A DNA stretch of 64,000 nt from Planctomycetota bacterium (GCA_965223845.1 CBDCXR010000004.1:6720001-6784000); one strand, 5' to 3'. Shown: positions 42,001 through 54,282, numbered from the stretch's first letter. Notes: a model not told the origin generated them from the letters alone. Made by a program: numbers and translations.

Positions 42001-42981
42001 TCATCGGGTCGTCGGCGCCGGACGTGATCGGGTGAGGAGGCACCGGGCGTAGCGCCGGAGGTGACTCCACCGGAGGGCGTCGCGGGGGCCGAGCGCGCGC
42101 GCCTCCCGGAAGGCCGCGGCGGCCTCGGCGAAGCGCCCGCTCCGGTAGTAGGCGCGGAACAGGTCGAGCGCCGCCCGCGACCGGATGCGTTTCGCCCAGG
42201 GGCGGAGCGGCGCGAACCGCGGGTCCGCGACGAGGATCTCGCCGAGCTGCGCGACCGAATTCGCGATCGCCTCCACGCGCCGGCGCTGCCGTCCGGCGTG
42301 CGCGTGCACGCGGAGAACGATTCCGTCACCGTCGCACGCGGCCGCGGGTCCGCCCGAGAGCACGAGCGCGAAGAAGAGTCGGTCCTCGAAGTTCGCGAGA
42401 CCGACGGGAAACTCCGCTCGCTCGAAGACGCGACGCCGAACTGCCGCTCCACCCGTTGCGATCGCAAGTTTCCCCGCGACGAAGCGCGCGACGTTCGTTC
42501 GGCGAGCGTCCGGGCTCGACGACGGGTCGAGCGCACCGGGGACGTGCACTCGTCCTCCCGCGTCGCCGTCGACGCCGGACCAGCCGCCGACCACGAGGTC
42601 GATATCCGCGCCTCGATCGAGGGGGCCGCGGAGCGCGTCGAGCGCGCCGGGAAGAAGCTCATCGTCCGCGTCGAGAAACACGAGCGCCGAGTCGCCGGAC
42701 GCCTCGCGCGCGCCCCGATTTCGCGCGGCTGAGACGCCCGCGCGGTCTTGGCGAATGCGTTCGATCCGCGCGCCGAACGCGTCGAGCAGCGCCGGGGTGT
42801 CGTCGGTCGAGCCGTCGTCGACGACGATGACGCGATCGATTTCGCGGCACGCGCGGAGCGCCGACTCTACTGCGCGGCCGAGATACTCGGCGTAGTTGTG
42901 CGTGGGAATGACGACCGTGAGCGGTGTCGCCTGCGAGCGAGATGCATCTCGTCCGGCGGATCCTCCGCTCACTTCGATCAC
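42001..42981 (-). CDS. glycosyltransferase family 2
   Basis: VVIPTHN, VVDDGSTD, GVSAARNRG, FLDADD, FED; GTG start overlaps the kinase stop codon (GTGA). Confidence 0.88.
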   Translation of the reverse strand: MIEVSGGSAGRDASRSQATPLTVVIPTHNYAEYLGRAVESALRACREIDRVIVVDDGSTDDTPALLDAFGARIERIRQDRAGVSAARNRGAREASGDSALVFLDADDELLPGALDALRGPLDRGADIDLVVGGWSGVDGDAGGRVHVPGALDPSSSPDARRTNVARFVAGKLAIATGGAAVRRRVFERAEFPVGLANFEDRLFFALVLSGGPAAACDGDGIVLRVHAHAGRQRRRVEAIANSVAQLGEILVADPRFAPLRPWAKRIRSRAALDLFRAYYRSGRFAEAAAAFREARALGPRDALRWSHLRRYARCLLTRSRPAPTTR

Positions 42982-44504
42982 GCGCCGAGATCGAACAGCC
43001 GGTGCGAGAGATCGTTCGTCTTCGGATAGAGGTCGCGGTAGATCGCGAAGCGTTCGTCGTAGCGCTTCGCGTGTTCTCGACGCGGCTCGATCACGCGCTG
43101 GACCTTGGCCGCGCGAGAGACGATCGCGTCGAGGTCGCTCGTCTCCTTCAGGCGGCCGGTCGCGCGGGCTCCGAGAAGCGCCGCGCCGAGCGCCGCGCCC
43201 TCGCGAACGTTCGTGATCGCGATGGGACGATTGAGGATGTCCGCGGCAATCTGCATCCACGCCGCCGACTTCGCCGCTCCGCCGATCGCCTTGTAGAGGC
43301 CGATGTCGACGCCGGCGGCCGAGTAGAGCTCGCTGTTGAGCCGGATCTCGTAGAGGATGCCTTCGAGGATCCCCTTCACGATCTCCTTGCGGCTAGTCGT
43401 GAGGCGAAGGCCGAAGATCGCCCCGAGCGTGCGCGGGTCGAGCCACGGCGTCCCCGTCGTCGAGAAGTGAGGCAGAACGAGGAGCCCGGTCGGGTCTTCG
43501 GGGAGTCCGCTCGTGATCGGTTCGTACGGATCGACCCCGCGCGCTTCGGCCTCAGCGAGCTCGGGTCCGGCGAGATGGTCTCGGTACCACTTGAGGAGAG
43601 AGCCACCGGTGAAGTTCCACGCGATCGAAACGTACTGGCGATCACCGACCGTCGGGTAAAAGCAAAGATTGTTCTCGGCCATGACTTCGGCGGCGGGAAC
43701 TCTCTCCAGTCGAACGCCGAGACAGATCACGGTTCCGATCGCGAGCATCGACTCGCCGGGTTGAATCCCGGCGCCGAGAATGCCGGCCGGTTGGTCGTGG
43801 AGTCCCCCCGCGACCACCGCACCCGCCGGGAGCCCGAATTCCTCGGCGGCTTTCCGTCCGAGCTCACCGACGGGGTCGCCGGGCGCGACCGGGGGCGGAA
43901 GAAGCGTGCGCGAGATTTCCGCGGCGTCGAGGATGCGATCCGACCAGTCGAGACGATGGATGTCGAACGCGAGCGTTCTCGCCGCGATCGCGTAGTCCAT
44001 GTGCGGGTCGAGCCCCATGCTCGCCTGCGTGAAGTCTCCGAAGCAGAGGAACTTGTCCGTACGCGCGAACGCGTCGGGGTCGCGGTCGCGTCGCCACATC
44101 ATCTTGAAGAGCGTGTGGTAGCTGTTGATCCCATGGCCGGTGATGTCGAACACGTCGCGATTCGAGATCCTCTCGGCGAAGCCCCGCATCTCTTCGTCGC
44201 CACGCGCGTCGAAGCCGATGATCGCGCCGGCGACAGGGCGGCGTTCGCGATCGACGGGTACGGCCGCTTCTCCGAGCGTGCTCGTCGCCAGGGATTCGAT
44301 CGGGTCGCTGCGCGTCGCGGCTCCGACCTCTCCGGTGACCGCGCGGATGGCATCGAGAACGTCGGATGCGTCGAGCTCGAGGTGACCCGGCCGAGGACTC
44401 TTCAGATCGTACTCGCGGTATGCGGAAGCGAGGAGCGTCCCTTCCTCGGAGAATGCGACCGCCTTGACGCCGGTCGTTCCGATGTCGAGTCCGAGCATGG
44501 ACAT
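42978..44504 (-). CDS. FGGY-family carbohydrate kinase (xylulokinase/fuculokinase-like)
   Basis: LGLDIGTTGVK, GLHDQ, GILEGI, IGGAAKS..WMQIAAD. Confidence 0.92.
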   Translation of the reverse strand: MSMLGLDIGTTGVKAVAFSEEGTLLASAYREYDLKSPRPGHLELDASDVLDAIRAVTGEVGAATRSDPIESLATSTLGEAAVPVDRERRPVAGAIIGFDARGDEEMRGFAERISNRDVFDITGHGINSYHTLFKMMWRRDRDPDAFARTDKFLCFGDFTQASMGLDPHMDYAIAARTLAFDIHRLDWSDRILDAAEISRTLLPPPVAPGDPVGELGRKAAEEFGLPAGAVVAGGLHDQPAGILGAGIQPGESMLAIGTVICLGVRLERVPAAEVMAENNLCFYPTVGDRQYVSIAWNFTGGSLLKWYRDHLAGPELAEAEARGVDPYEPITSGLPEDPTGLLVLPHFSTTGTPWLDPRTLGAIFGLRLTTSRKEIVKGILEGILYEIRLNSELYSAAGVDIGLYKAIGGAAKSAAWMQIAADILNRPIAITNVREGAALGAALLGARATGRLKETSDLDAIVSRAAKVQRVIEPRREHAKRYDERFAIYRDLYPKTNDLSHRLFDLGA

Positions 44505-44991
44505 GAGTGGGATTCCCGAAGTGGACGGTCGCGGCCGATGTCGCTTCCGTCGGCGTTAGCGAGGTGGACGAGAGGCGCGCCGACAATCAAACGGAATCGG
44601 AGCCGGGAACGCAACGCTGCGTCCCGATCGAGGCGATCCTCGTGAAGTCGCGGGATTCTCGGTTCCGGAACTCCGAGGAGGCGAGTCGGCTGGAGGCTCG
44701 TGTCCCGCCGGTGTTCCGTTTCCGGTCTTCGCTCGCGACGCCCGAGAAGGGACCGGTGGGCCGCGCCTTCGGCTCTCGGGGGACGGAGTTCGTCATCGAA
44801 ACGCTAGGGCGTTTTCAGGCGCCGGCGATTCCATGGCCGGGAGCCGATCTCTCCGCGCCGCGGATGCGAGCTTGTGCGGAGTCCGATTGTCGGAGATGCT
44901 CGGAGGCGCTGGCTTGTGGGTCTCTCGTTCCCGTCTCCCGCCGCGCGGAGCTGCGCGCGGATCTCCCCTCCCTCCACCCGAGAGGTGCACC

Positions 44992-46404
44992 ATGTACCGT
45001 CGCTCGATCGTGCTCGCCGCGGTTCTTCTTCTTGGCTTTCCGGCGCTCAGCTTTGGCGGGGGGCCGATCGACGGGCGCTGGCGCGCCGTGTTCTCGTCCG
45101 CGCAGGGCGAACGCGACTACTACCTCGAGCTCAAGCAGGACGGCACCAAAGTTCGTGGCGCCCTGATCAGTCCGCGAAGCGGCGAGTACCCGCTGAAGAG
45201 CGGTTCGATCAAGGACGGGAAGCTCTCGATCGAGGTCGAGCGGGAGTACGGCGACAATCGAGTGACGCTCGAGATCCGCGGTCCGCTCAAGGAAGGTCGG
45301 CACGTCGACGGCAAGATCTCGGTCGAGGGAAACGAAATCGCCGACTTCAAGATGACGCGGCTGCCGCGTCCCGCCGGTAAGTGGAACGTGGTCGCGAAGT
45401 CTCCGGACGAGTCGAACGAATACCCGCTCGTGCTCCTTCTCGAAAAGGGAAAGAAGGGTTTCGCGGGTCATTTCGAGTCGGAGCTCGGGAAGCACAAAGT
45501 GACCGAAGCGGGCTGGCAGGGAGCGGACTTCAAGATCGGCTTCGTGCTGCCGATGGACGGAAACGAGATCCCCGTTCAGATCGCGGTCGCGTTCGAAGGC
45601 GACAACAAGCTCGTCGGGAAGTGGACCGTCGAAGGTGACGGCCAGCAGTACACCGGGAAGTGGTCGGCGACGCGCGAGATCCCGAAGCCGCGCTTCGACC
45701 TCGCCGGCCGCTGGAAAACCTTCGCGTCGACGTCCGACGGCAATTCGTACGAAGCGGACCTCGTCGTGTCTCGCGAGGGAGAGAAGCTCGTCGGCAAATA
45801 CTCGGGTCAGCTCGGCGACCTGAACTACGACGACGTCAAGCAGGACGGGCGCGTCGTCCGCCTTGAGCTCACCGCCGCGATCAACGACAACTCGGTCACG
45901 TTCGTCGTCGAGGCGGAGGCAAAGGGCGATCACCGACTCGTCGGCAAGTGGATCGTGAAGGGGAACGACGAGTTCAGCGGCGACTGGAAAGCCGAGCGCG
46001 AAGCGCCGCCGCCCGCCGCCGGACACGCGGAGCTCATCGCGGGTGACTGGGCCGCGACGAGCGTGCTTCCGAACGGAAACGAGGTCGAGTTCACGCTCAG
46101 CTTCGCCGCGGATGGGGAGCGTCTGAAGGGGATCATCGACGGTCGGCGCGGGAAGAACGATCTCCTCTCGCCGAAGCTTCAGGGGCGGACCGTCAGCTTC
46201 GACGTCGAGTTCGATCGAGACGGCCAGACGATCACCGTCGAGTTCGAGGGTGAAGTCGGAGAAGACGGCGCGATCAAAGGCAAGTGGAAGGTCGGCGAGG
46301 ACGCGTCGGGGGACTGGCGTGCGAAGCGGAAGGATGCCGGCGCCGCTTCGGAGAAGAGCGCGGACGCCGAGGAAAAGAAGAAAGCGGAGCCGATTCGCCT
46401 CTGA
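44992..46404 (+). CDS. secreted protein with four tandem ~100-aa beta-rich repeats
   Basis: Signal peptide; repeats begin GRW/GKW/GRW/GDW, and the last three end GKW..G.W.A.R; AGAGG RBS. Confidence 0.8.
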   Translation: MYRRSIVLAAVLLLGFPALSFGGGPIDGRWRAVFSSAQGERDYYLELKQDGTKVRGALISPRSGEYPLKSGSIKDGKLSIEVEREYGDNRVTLEIRGPLKEGRHVDGKISVEGNEIADFKMTRLPRPAGKWNVVAKSPDESNEYPLVLLLEKGKKGFAGHFESELGKHKVTEAGWQGADFKIGFVLPMDGNEIPVQIAVAFEGDNKLVGKWTVEGDGQQYTGKWSATREIPKPRFDLAGRWKTFASTSDGNSYEADLVVSREGEKLVGKYSGQLGDLNYDDVKQDGRVVRLELTAAINDNSVTFVVEAEAKGDHRLVGKWIVKGNDEFSGDWKAEREAPPPAAGHAELIAGDWAATSVLPNGNEVEFTLSFAADGERLKGIIDGRRGKNDLLSPKLQGRTVSFDVEFDRDGQTITVEFEGEVGEDGAIKGKWKVGEDASGDWRAKRKDAGAASEKSADAEEKKKAEPIRL

Positions 46405-46422
46405 GGCGCTGACGACAGGCGG

Positions 46423-48426
46423 CTACTCAAACACGATTCGGCACGCCGGCAGGCTCGCTCGCAGTCGCTTCGCCGCGTCCGGCGCGAATCGGCCGGCGGG
46501 TAGATAGAGCTCGCGAAGCGTCTTGAGCCTCGCGAGCTCGTCGACCGCCGCGTCGGTGATCGTCGTCCCGCCGAGCCAGAGCTTCTCGAGTTTCGCGAGC
46601 GTTCGCAGGTGCGGGAGTCCTTTGGCCGTGACTCGCGTTCCGCCGAGGTGCAGCCCGCGCAGGTTCGTCAGTCGCTCGACGACGCGAAGCCCGCGATCGC
46701 TGATCGCGTTGTCGCGGAGTCCGAGGTACTCGAGCCCACGCAGATCCGCGAGCGCTCGCAGGCCCTCGTCGGTGACGCGCGTCCCGCCGATCGGAAGGAG
46801 CTTGAGGGTCGGAATGCGACTCAGATGGCGGAGCCCCTCGTCGCCGAGTCGCGTCCGGTAGAGGTTGAGCCACTCGATCTTGGGGAGGCGCGCCAGGTGA
46901 CGCGCGCCGTCGTCGTCGAGCGTCGATCTCTCGAGCGAGAGATCGGTTAGCTGGTGGAGGCGGCCGATCGTCGCGAGGAGATCTTCCGAAAGTACGTGGC
47001 CGTTGAGTCGTACTTCGACGACGCGCCCGTCCCGTTCAAATGCCTGGCCGCCGAGCGTACGGATGCGCTCGAGGGCTTGACGGTGCGCCTTTCGCTGAAG
47101 GGGCATCCACTCGGGGAAGCTCGCGCGAGTTCCGTCGAAGGTCGCGAGCGCCGAGCGGAGCTCGTCGACGATCTTCTTGGCGTCGGCGCTGAGATCGGTG
47201 CCGGCGAGGTCGCGCGCCTCGAGCGGATCCGCCGCGATGTCGTAGAGCTCGCCACCGCGATAGAGCTTGTAGCGCTGAGTGCGCACGAACTCGCGTCCGG
47301 TCGGACCGCCGTTGCGCGCGTACCAGCAGTGAAGCCAAGGACGCGGATGGCCCGCTTCCCCTCGGAGCTGCGGGAGAAAGCTCCGGCCATCGATGCCAAG
47401 CGCTGCAGGAACTTCGATGCCGGCGGCCTCGGCGATCGTCGGAAGAAAGTCGCTGAGATCGACGAGATCGCTCGAAACCGACCCGGGCCGGATCACACCC
47501 GGCCAGCTCGCGATGAAGGGCGCGCGAGTGCCGGCGTCCGTCGTTTTCCCTTTGGCTCCGACGACGGTTCTGCCGTCGAGCTGGGAGCGAATTCCCGCCG
47601 CGGTCCCGTTGTCGCCCGTAAAGAGGACGAGAGTGCGATCGCGGATGTCGAGCTCGTCGAGCTCGCGCACGATGCGACCGACGACCTTGTCGGTGTGCTG
47701 CACCATGTCGCGAAAGAGCCGCGGGTCTCCTTTTCCCTTGAGGACTCCCTTCGCCTTTGGGTTCCAGCCGGTCGAGTCGGGCGTCGGCTCGAACGGCCAG
47801 TGGGGGAGGATCATAGGATAGTAAACGAGGAACGGGCGGTCGCGATGCCGGCGCACGAAATCGCAGAGAAAATCGGTGACGAGGTCGGGGCCGTACTCTC
47901 CGTTCTCGTAAGTGACGACGCGTCCATCGGTCTCGAGAACGGGGTTCGGATAGCGCGATTCGCGCACGGTGAGCTGCCACAGGAGCCACTCGTCGAAGCC
48001 GAAGTGGCGCGGAGCGCCCCGGCCGCCGCCGAGCTGCCACTTGCCGGCGACGGCCGTCGCGTAGCCGGCGTCGCGAAAGAGGTGGGCGAAGGTGGTCGCG
48101 GCGGGATCGAGGAGACCGAAGCGGATGTAGTTCCTCTGGTTGTAGATCCCCGTCATCAGTTTCACGCGGGACGGCGTGCAGATCGGCTGCGAATAGCAAT
48201 GCTCGAAGCGCATGCCTTCCGCAGCGAGGCGGTCGAGGGCGGGAGTTGCGTAGGACGTTCCGCCGTTGGCGCCGACGCACTCGTAGCCCATGTCGTCCGC
48301 CATGATGAGAACGACGTTCGGTCGCTTCTTCGCGGCCGGGACCTCAGCGGCGGCGACGTTCGCGACGCCGACGGCGATCGCGAGGGCAGCGAACCGAAGA
48401 CCGCGGCCCTCGCGGGACGGCTTCAT
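46423..48426 (-). CDS. sulfatase (formylglycine-dependent) fused to a leucine-rich-repeat domain
   Basis: PNVVLIMADD, CTPSR (CxPxR), GKWQL; C-terminal LxxLxLxxTxxxDxGLxxL repeats. Confidence 0.9.
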   Translation of the reverse strand: MKPSREGRGLRFAALAIAVGVANVAAAEVPAAKKRPNVVLIMADDMGYECVGANGGTSYATPALDRLAAEGMRFEHCYSQPICTPSRVKLMTGIYNQRNYIRFGLLDPAATTFAHLFRDAGYATAVAGKWQLGGGRGAPRHFGFDEWLLWQLTVRESRYPNPVLETDGRVVTYENGEYGPDLVTDFLCDFVRRHRDRPFLVYYPMILPHWPFEPTPDSTGWNPKAKGVLKGKGDPRLFRDMVQHTDKVVGRIVRELDELDIRDRTLVLFTGDNGTAAGIRSQLDGRTVVGAKGKTTDAGTRAPFIASWPGVIRPGSVSSDLVDLSDFLPTIAEAAGIEVPAALGIDGRSFLPQLRGEAGHPRPWLHCWYARNGGPTGREFVRTQRYKLYRGGELYDIAADPLEARDLAGTDLSADAKKIVDELRSALATFDGTRASFPEWMPLQRKAHRQALERIRTLGGQAFERDGRVVEVRLNGHVLSEDLLATIGRLHQLTDLSLERSTLDDDGARHLARLPKIEWLNLYRTRLGDEGLRHLSRIPTLKLLPIGGTRVTDEGLRALADLRGLEYLGLRDNAISDRGLRVVERLTNLRGLHLGGTRVTAKGLPHLRTLAKLEKLWLGGTTITDAAVDELARLKTLRELYLPAGRFAPDAAKRLRASLPACRIVFE

Positions 48427-48502
48427 AGTGAAGGTGGAACGCACGAATCGATTCCTTTCGTTTCCCGCCTCGATCCTGTCGGCGCTCGGTGGCACGTTCC
48501 CC

Positions 48503-49489
48503 TCAGCCGCCGATTTGGGACATCGACCGCGACGCGGGAACGAAATCCGTTCGGCCGATCTTGTGGCCGGCTTCCTTGTGGGACACGGCGTCCGCGATCG
48601 CCGCGGCGATGGTTGCGTCGCTCGCCCCCGAACGAAGGAGCGCGGCGAGATCGGTTTCTCGGGTGGAAAAGAGACAGGTGCGGAGCTTGCCGTCGGCCGT
48701 CAAGCGGATGCGGTCGCAGTTCCCGCAGAAGGGTTCCGTGACGGAGTTGATGAAGCCGACTCGGCCGCCGATCCCGTCGCGAAACCGGTAGTCCTGGGCG
48801 GGAGCCGCCCCACGAGGGGAAGGAACCTCCTCGAGCGGATGGACCGCGTGGATCCGCCGCCGGATCTCGTCACCGCCGAGGAGCAGATTCCACGTCCAAC
48901 GCGCGTCCGCGTCGAGGGGCATGTACTCGATGAAGCGCATCTCGACACGCTCGCGCCGGGCGAGCTCCGCAAACGATTCGATCTCGCCGTCGTTGATTCC
49001 GCGGAGGATCACGGCGTTCACCTTGACCGCGCCAGGAAAATGGTGGAGCGCGGCGTCGATCCCGGCGAGAACTCGCTCCACCGAGCCGCGGCGGGCGAGT
49101 CGCCGAAACGTCTCTTCTTCGAGCGAATCGAGACTCACGTTCACCCGGGCGAGCCCGGCCGCGGCAAGCCGAGGTGCCTGCTCCTCAAGGAGCCAGCCGT
49201 TCGTCGTGAGCGCGAGATCCTCAAGCGATTCGAGGGCTCGGAGTTTTCGAACGAGGACGGGGAGCTCTCGTCGCACGAGAGGCTCGCCGCCCGTGAGCCT
49301 CACCTTCCGGACACCGAGCCGAAGGGAGATCTCGACGACGCGACAGATCTCCTCGAAGCGGAGAATCTGCTCGCGAGGGATCCACTCCATTCCGTCTTCG
49401 GGCATGCAGTAGGTGCACCGAAAGTTGCAACGATCGGTGACGGAGACGCGGAGATTGCGAATCACTCGGTCGAACGAGTCGCGAAGCAC
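48503..49489 (-). CDS. moaA: GTP 3',8-cyclase (molybdenum cofactor biosynthesis)
   Basis: LRVSVTDRCNFRCTYC, TGGEP, FCGNCDRIRL...C, C-terminal MSQIGG. Confidence 0.96.
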   Translation of the reverse strand: MLRDSFDRVIRNLRVSVTDRCNFRCTYCMPEDGMEWIPREQILRFEEICRVVEISLRLGVRKVRLTGGEPLVRRELPVLVRKLRALESLEDLALTTNGWLLEEQAPRLAAAGLARVNVSLDSLEEETFRRLARRGSVERVLAGIDAALHHFPGAVKVNAVILRGINDGEIESFAELARRERVEMRFIEYMPLDADARWTWNLLLGGDEIRRRIHAVHPLEEVPSPRGAAPAQDYRFRDGIGGRVGFINSVTEPFCGNCDRIRLTADGKLRTCLFSTRETDLAALLRSGASDATIAAAIADAVSHKEAGHKIGRTDFVPASRSMSQIGG

Positions 49490-49828
49490 GTTCGGCTCCT
49501 AAAGCTCGGGTTCAAAGAAGAGACCTAGCGAGGCCCGGGGAGCGATTGTGCAGGAATCTCGCGGCTCGCGCCAGTCGTCCGCGCAAACATGGGCTCCACC
49601 CCGGCGGATCGGCCCGCGGGCCTCGGATCTGGGCGTCCTCGGTCCCGCGCGGGTCAGCTTCGAGCTGCGTAAGCAGTTGACTGATAGTGAGTTGTGCAAT
49701 CTGCGCGGCGAGCGCGTGACGGGTGTCGATCGACCCAGTAAACTGCTACGTTTATGTGCATTCCGGTGGTGGAGGAGAGGGCTCGCCGGGCACCGAATCC
49801 AGGCTTCATCGAAAGTCAATCTGAAGTA

Positions 49829-51961
<2,133 letters not shown>

Positions 51962-52039
51962 CCGGACCGGCGCTTCGCCATCGTTCGCGTTCGTCTCGAG
52001 CGCAGGGGATGCCCTCCAGGCGTGCGTTTGCTCTCTGGT

Positions 52040-52148
52040 TGTGCAAAGGGATGCACAGAGTGGGAGCGCTGCGCGGCTCGGCGAGATCTGCTATCTGCAC
52101 GCTCGGTAAAGAGTTAAGCCGCTTTCGCCGCCGTGGCCACGCGTTTGC
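52040..52148 (+). promoter_or_regulatory. candidate enhancer palindrome and sigma54 (-24/-12) promoter
   Basis: TGTGCA-N6-TGCACA (52040-52057); TGGCCACGCGTTTGC (52134-52148) with exact GG-N10-GC spacing. Confidence 0.55.
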
Positions 52149-52159
52149 GCTGGTCAGTT

Positions 52160-52284
52160 TCTCAGCGTTTCAAAGCGCAAGGAATCGTCCCGTCAGGACC
52201 CCCAAACGTGACACCGCGATTCCTTCGGAAGCTTTCCCCCGAACTCTTGCGCGCGAGAGCCTGCGAGAGGGCGGGGTTTTTTTT
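52160..52284 (+). ncRNA. candidate sigma54-dependent small RNA (~125 nt)
   Basis: Hairpin AAGGAATCG...CGATTCCTT with a C-rich loop, then a terminator hairpin + T8; no ORF. Confidence 0.5.
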
Positions 52285-52342
52285 GAGGGGGCGGGCGGGG
52301 CGCGGACCGGCGAGAGCGTCGCGCGCGGGACGACGGCCGGAC

Positions 52343-53230
52343 TCAGGACGCCGGAAAGAGGCCGATCCTCTGGCCGACGAGGTAGATCCCGACGAGGTGG
52401 GGGAGCAGCACCGCGAGCGCGAGGACGGGGACCGCCTGACCGATCTTCACGCGGAGCACCTGCGGATAGAACCGGAGGCTGAGGACGGTGTAGACGAGGA
52501 GGAGACCCGTCGTCGCGAGACCGAGCCCGGTCGGCGTCTGGAGGTAGGACTCGAGGGCGGGGAAGAGCTCTCCGCCGCGAGTGAGCTCGTCCGGACCGGA
52601 GCCGAGATAGACCATGAAGACCGCCATGACGCCGACGGTGAGAATCGTGGCGAAGGTGAGCGTTTCGGTGAGCAAGACGGCTTTCAAGGCGCGGCGGAAC
52701 GACGTCTCCTTCACGAAGGTGAAGATCGTCGCCAGCCAGACGAGGATGCTCTGGATGAACGAGTGCGAGAGGAGACCGAAGAAGCCGAAGAGTACGGTCT
52801 GCTGGACCGGGAGTCCGAAGAGAGTCTTCGCCGACACTCCCTGCATGACGTTCTGCCAGCCGTCGACCCCGGGGAGGTTCGCGAACCCGCGACTGCGGTC
52901 GCCGGGCGTCTCGGCCGGGGGCGATTCGGCCGGCGGGTCGAGTGCCTCCGCGCGCGTGCGGGCCTCGTCGCTCCAGTTTTCTTCGAGTCGAGGGACGTAG
53001 ATGATCTGCCCCGGGCGGAGCTGATACGGGTCCTGGATCCACGGATTGTGGCGGCGAATCTCCGGCCAGAGCATGCCGTTTCCGTAGGCGCGCTTCGCGA
53101 TCGAGAAGAGATTGTCGCTCGACTGAATCGTGTAGTTCCGTCCCTCGTACGCCCCCGCATCGGTGCTCGATCCCTCGCAGGAAGCGAGGAAAGCGAGAGA
53201 TACGAAGAGCAGAGTACCGGGTCGGTGCAT
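52343..53230 (-). CDS. LysM-domain lipoprotein with C-terminal transmembrane helices
   Basis: Lipobox LASC; YTIQSSDNLFSIAKRAYG...W..I...N...LRPGQ.I.VP; about 4 TM helices at the C-terminus. Confidence 0.8.
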   Translation of the reverse strand: MHRPGTLLFVSLAFLASCEGSSTDAGAYEGRNYTIQSSDNLFSIAKRAYGNGMLWPEIRRHNPWIQDPYQLRPGQIIYVPRLEENWSDEARTRAEALDPPAESPPAETPGDRSRGFANLPGVDGWQNVMQGVSAKTLFGLPVQQTVLFGFFGLLSHSFIQSILVWLATIFTFVKETSFRRALKAVLLTETLTFATILTVGVMAVFMVYLGSGPDELTRGGELFPALESYLQTPTGLGLATTGLLLVYTVLSLRFYPQVLRVKIGQAVPVLALAVLLPHLVGIYLVGQRIGLFPAS

Positions 53231-53649
53231 GACGGCGGTTCTTCAGCGGGCGAATGGACCGAGCCGTTCGCTTCGGGACTGCGGCGACGCGGGGCGGCGA
53301 GGGGCCACTCCGCGGAATCGCGAATCTCCGATTCGAGACGGCTGAAAGTCTCGTTGAGCGAAGTGCCGCGCCGCGGCCGTTATCGGCCGAGCGCGCGGCT
53401 CGAGGTCGCGTCCTCCTTCGAATCGGAATCTCCGCTGGGAGAGTTGAGGGAAATCGGACCGCCCCGCGTTACCGGAAGAGCTCGAGGGCCGGCCGCGCGC
53501 ACGCGATCCGGTCGGCGGCCCTGAGTGTCGCGTGCTACACTTTTCGCGTCGCCACGATCGTGGGCCGCTCCGTCGCTCGGGCCGAGTGTGCGCGGTGGTT
53601 CCGCTCCGTGTTGGTGTGCCTCGTTTCCTTCCGACCCATCTCGATCGCC

Positions 53650-54189
53650 ATGCCGCGCCCCGCTCTTGTCCTCATCGCCGTCGGTGAAGATTGCCCCGGA
53701 ATCGTCGACCGAGTTTCCGGGGCGGTGTACCGGACCGGTTGCAACGTCGAGGACTCGCGCATGTCGACGCTCGGCGGAGAGTTTGCGCTCATGGTCCTCG
53801 TCTCCGGCGGTGAGAACGAGCTCGAGAGCGCGCGGAGCGCGGTGGTGGCGATCGGCGAGGAGCTCGGTCTCAGCGTGCAGTCGCGACGTACGGAGGCGAC
53901 CGACGACAGCGGCGCGAAGCGGACGGGAACGGCGGTTCGAGTTCGTGCGGAGTCGCTCGATCACCCGGGAATCGTTCACAAAGTGACGCGGCTCCTCGCG
54001 TCGAAGGGCGTGAACGTGACGCAGCTCGAGACGACGCGGCGGAGCGCGCCGACGACCGGGACGCCGATGTTTGTGCTCAGTCTCGACGCGATCGCTCCCG
54101 CCGGGGTGACGATCGACGGGCTCCGGCGCGAGCTCGAGGACCTCGGCTCGCGCGAGGGATTGGATCTCGACGTCCGCGACGTCGAGTGA
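53650..54189 (+). CDS. gcvR: glycine cleavage system regulator-like double-ACT protein
   Basis: AVGEDCPGIV, CNVEDSRMSTLGGEFA, DHPGIVHKVT. Confidence 0.8.
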   Translation: MPRPALVLIAVGEDCPGIVDRVSGAVYRTGCNVEDSRMSTLGGEFALMVLVSGGENELESARSAVVAIGEELGLSVQSRRTEATDDSGAKRTGTAVRVRAESLDHPGIVHKVTRLLASKGVNVTQLETTRRSAPTTGTPMFVLSLDAIAPAGVTIDGLRRELEDLGSREGLDLDVRDVE

Positions 54190-54282
54190 GCGTCCGCGTT
54201 CGAACGGAATCGTTCGCGTTCCTTTGTTCGCGGTCGAGATCCGCGGTCGAGTCTCGCTGCGAGCTCGTCGCACGGGCTCGAG

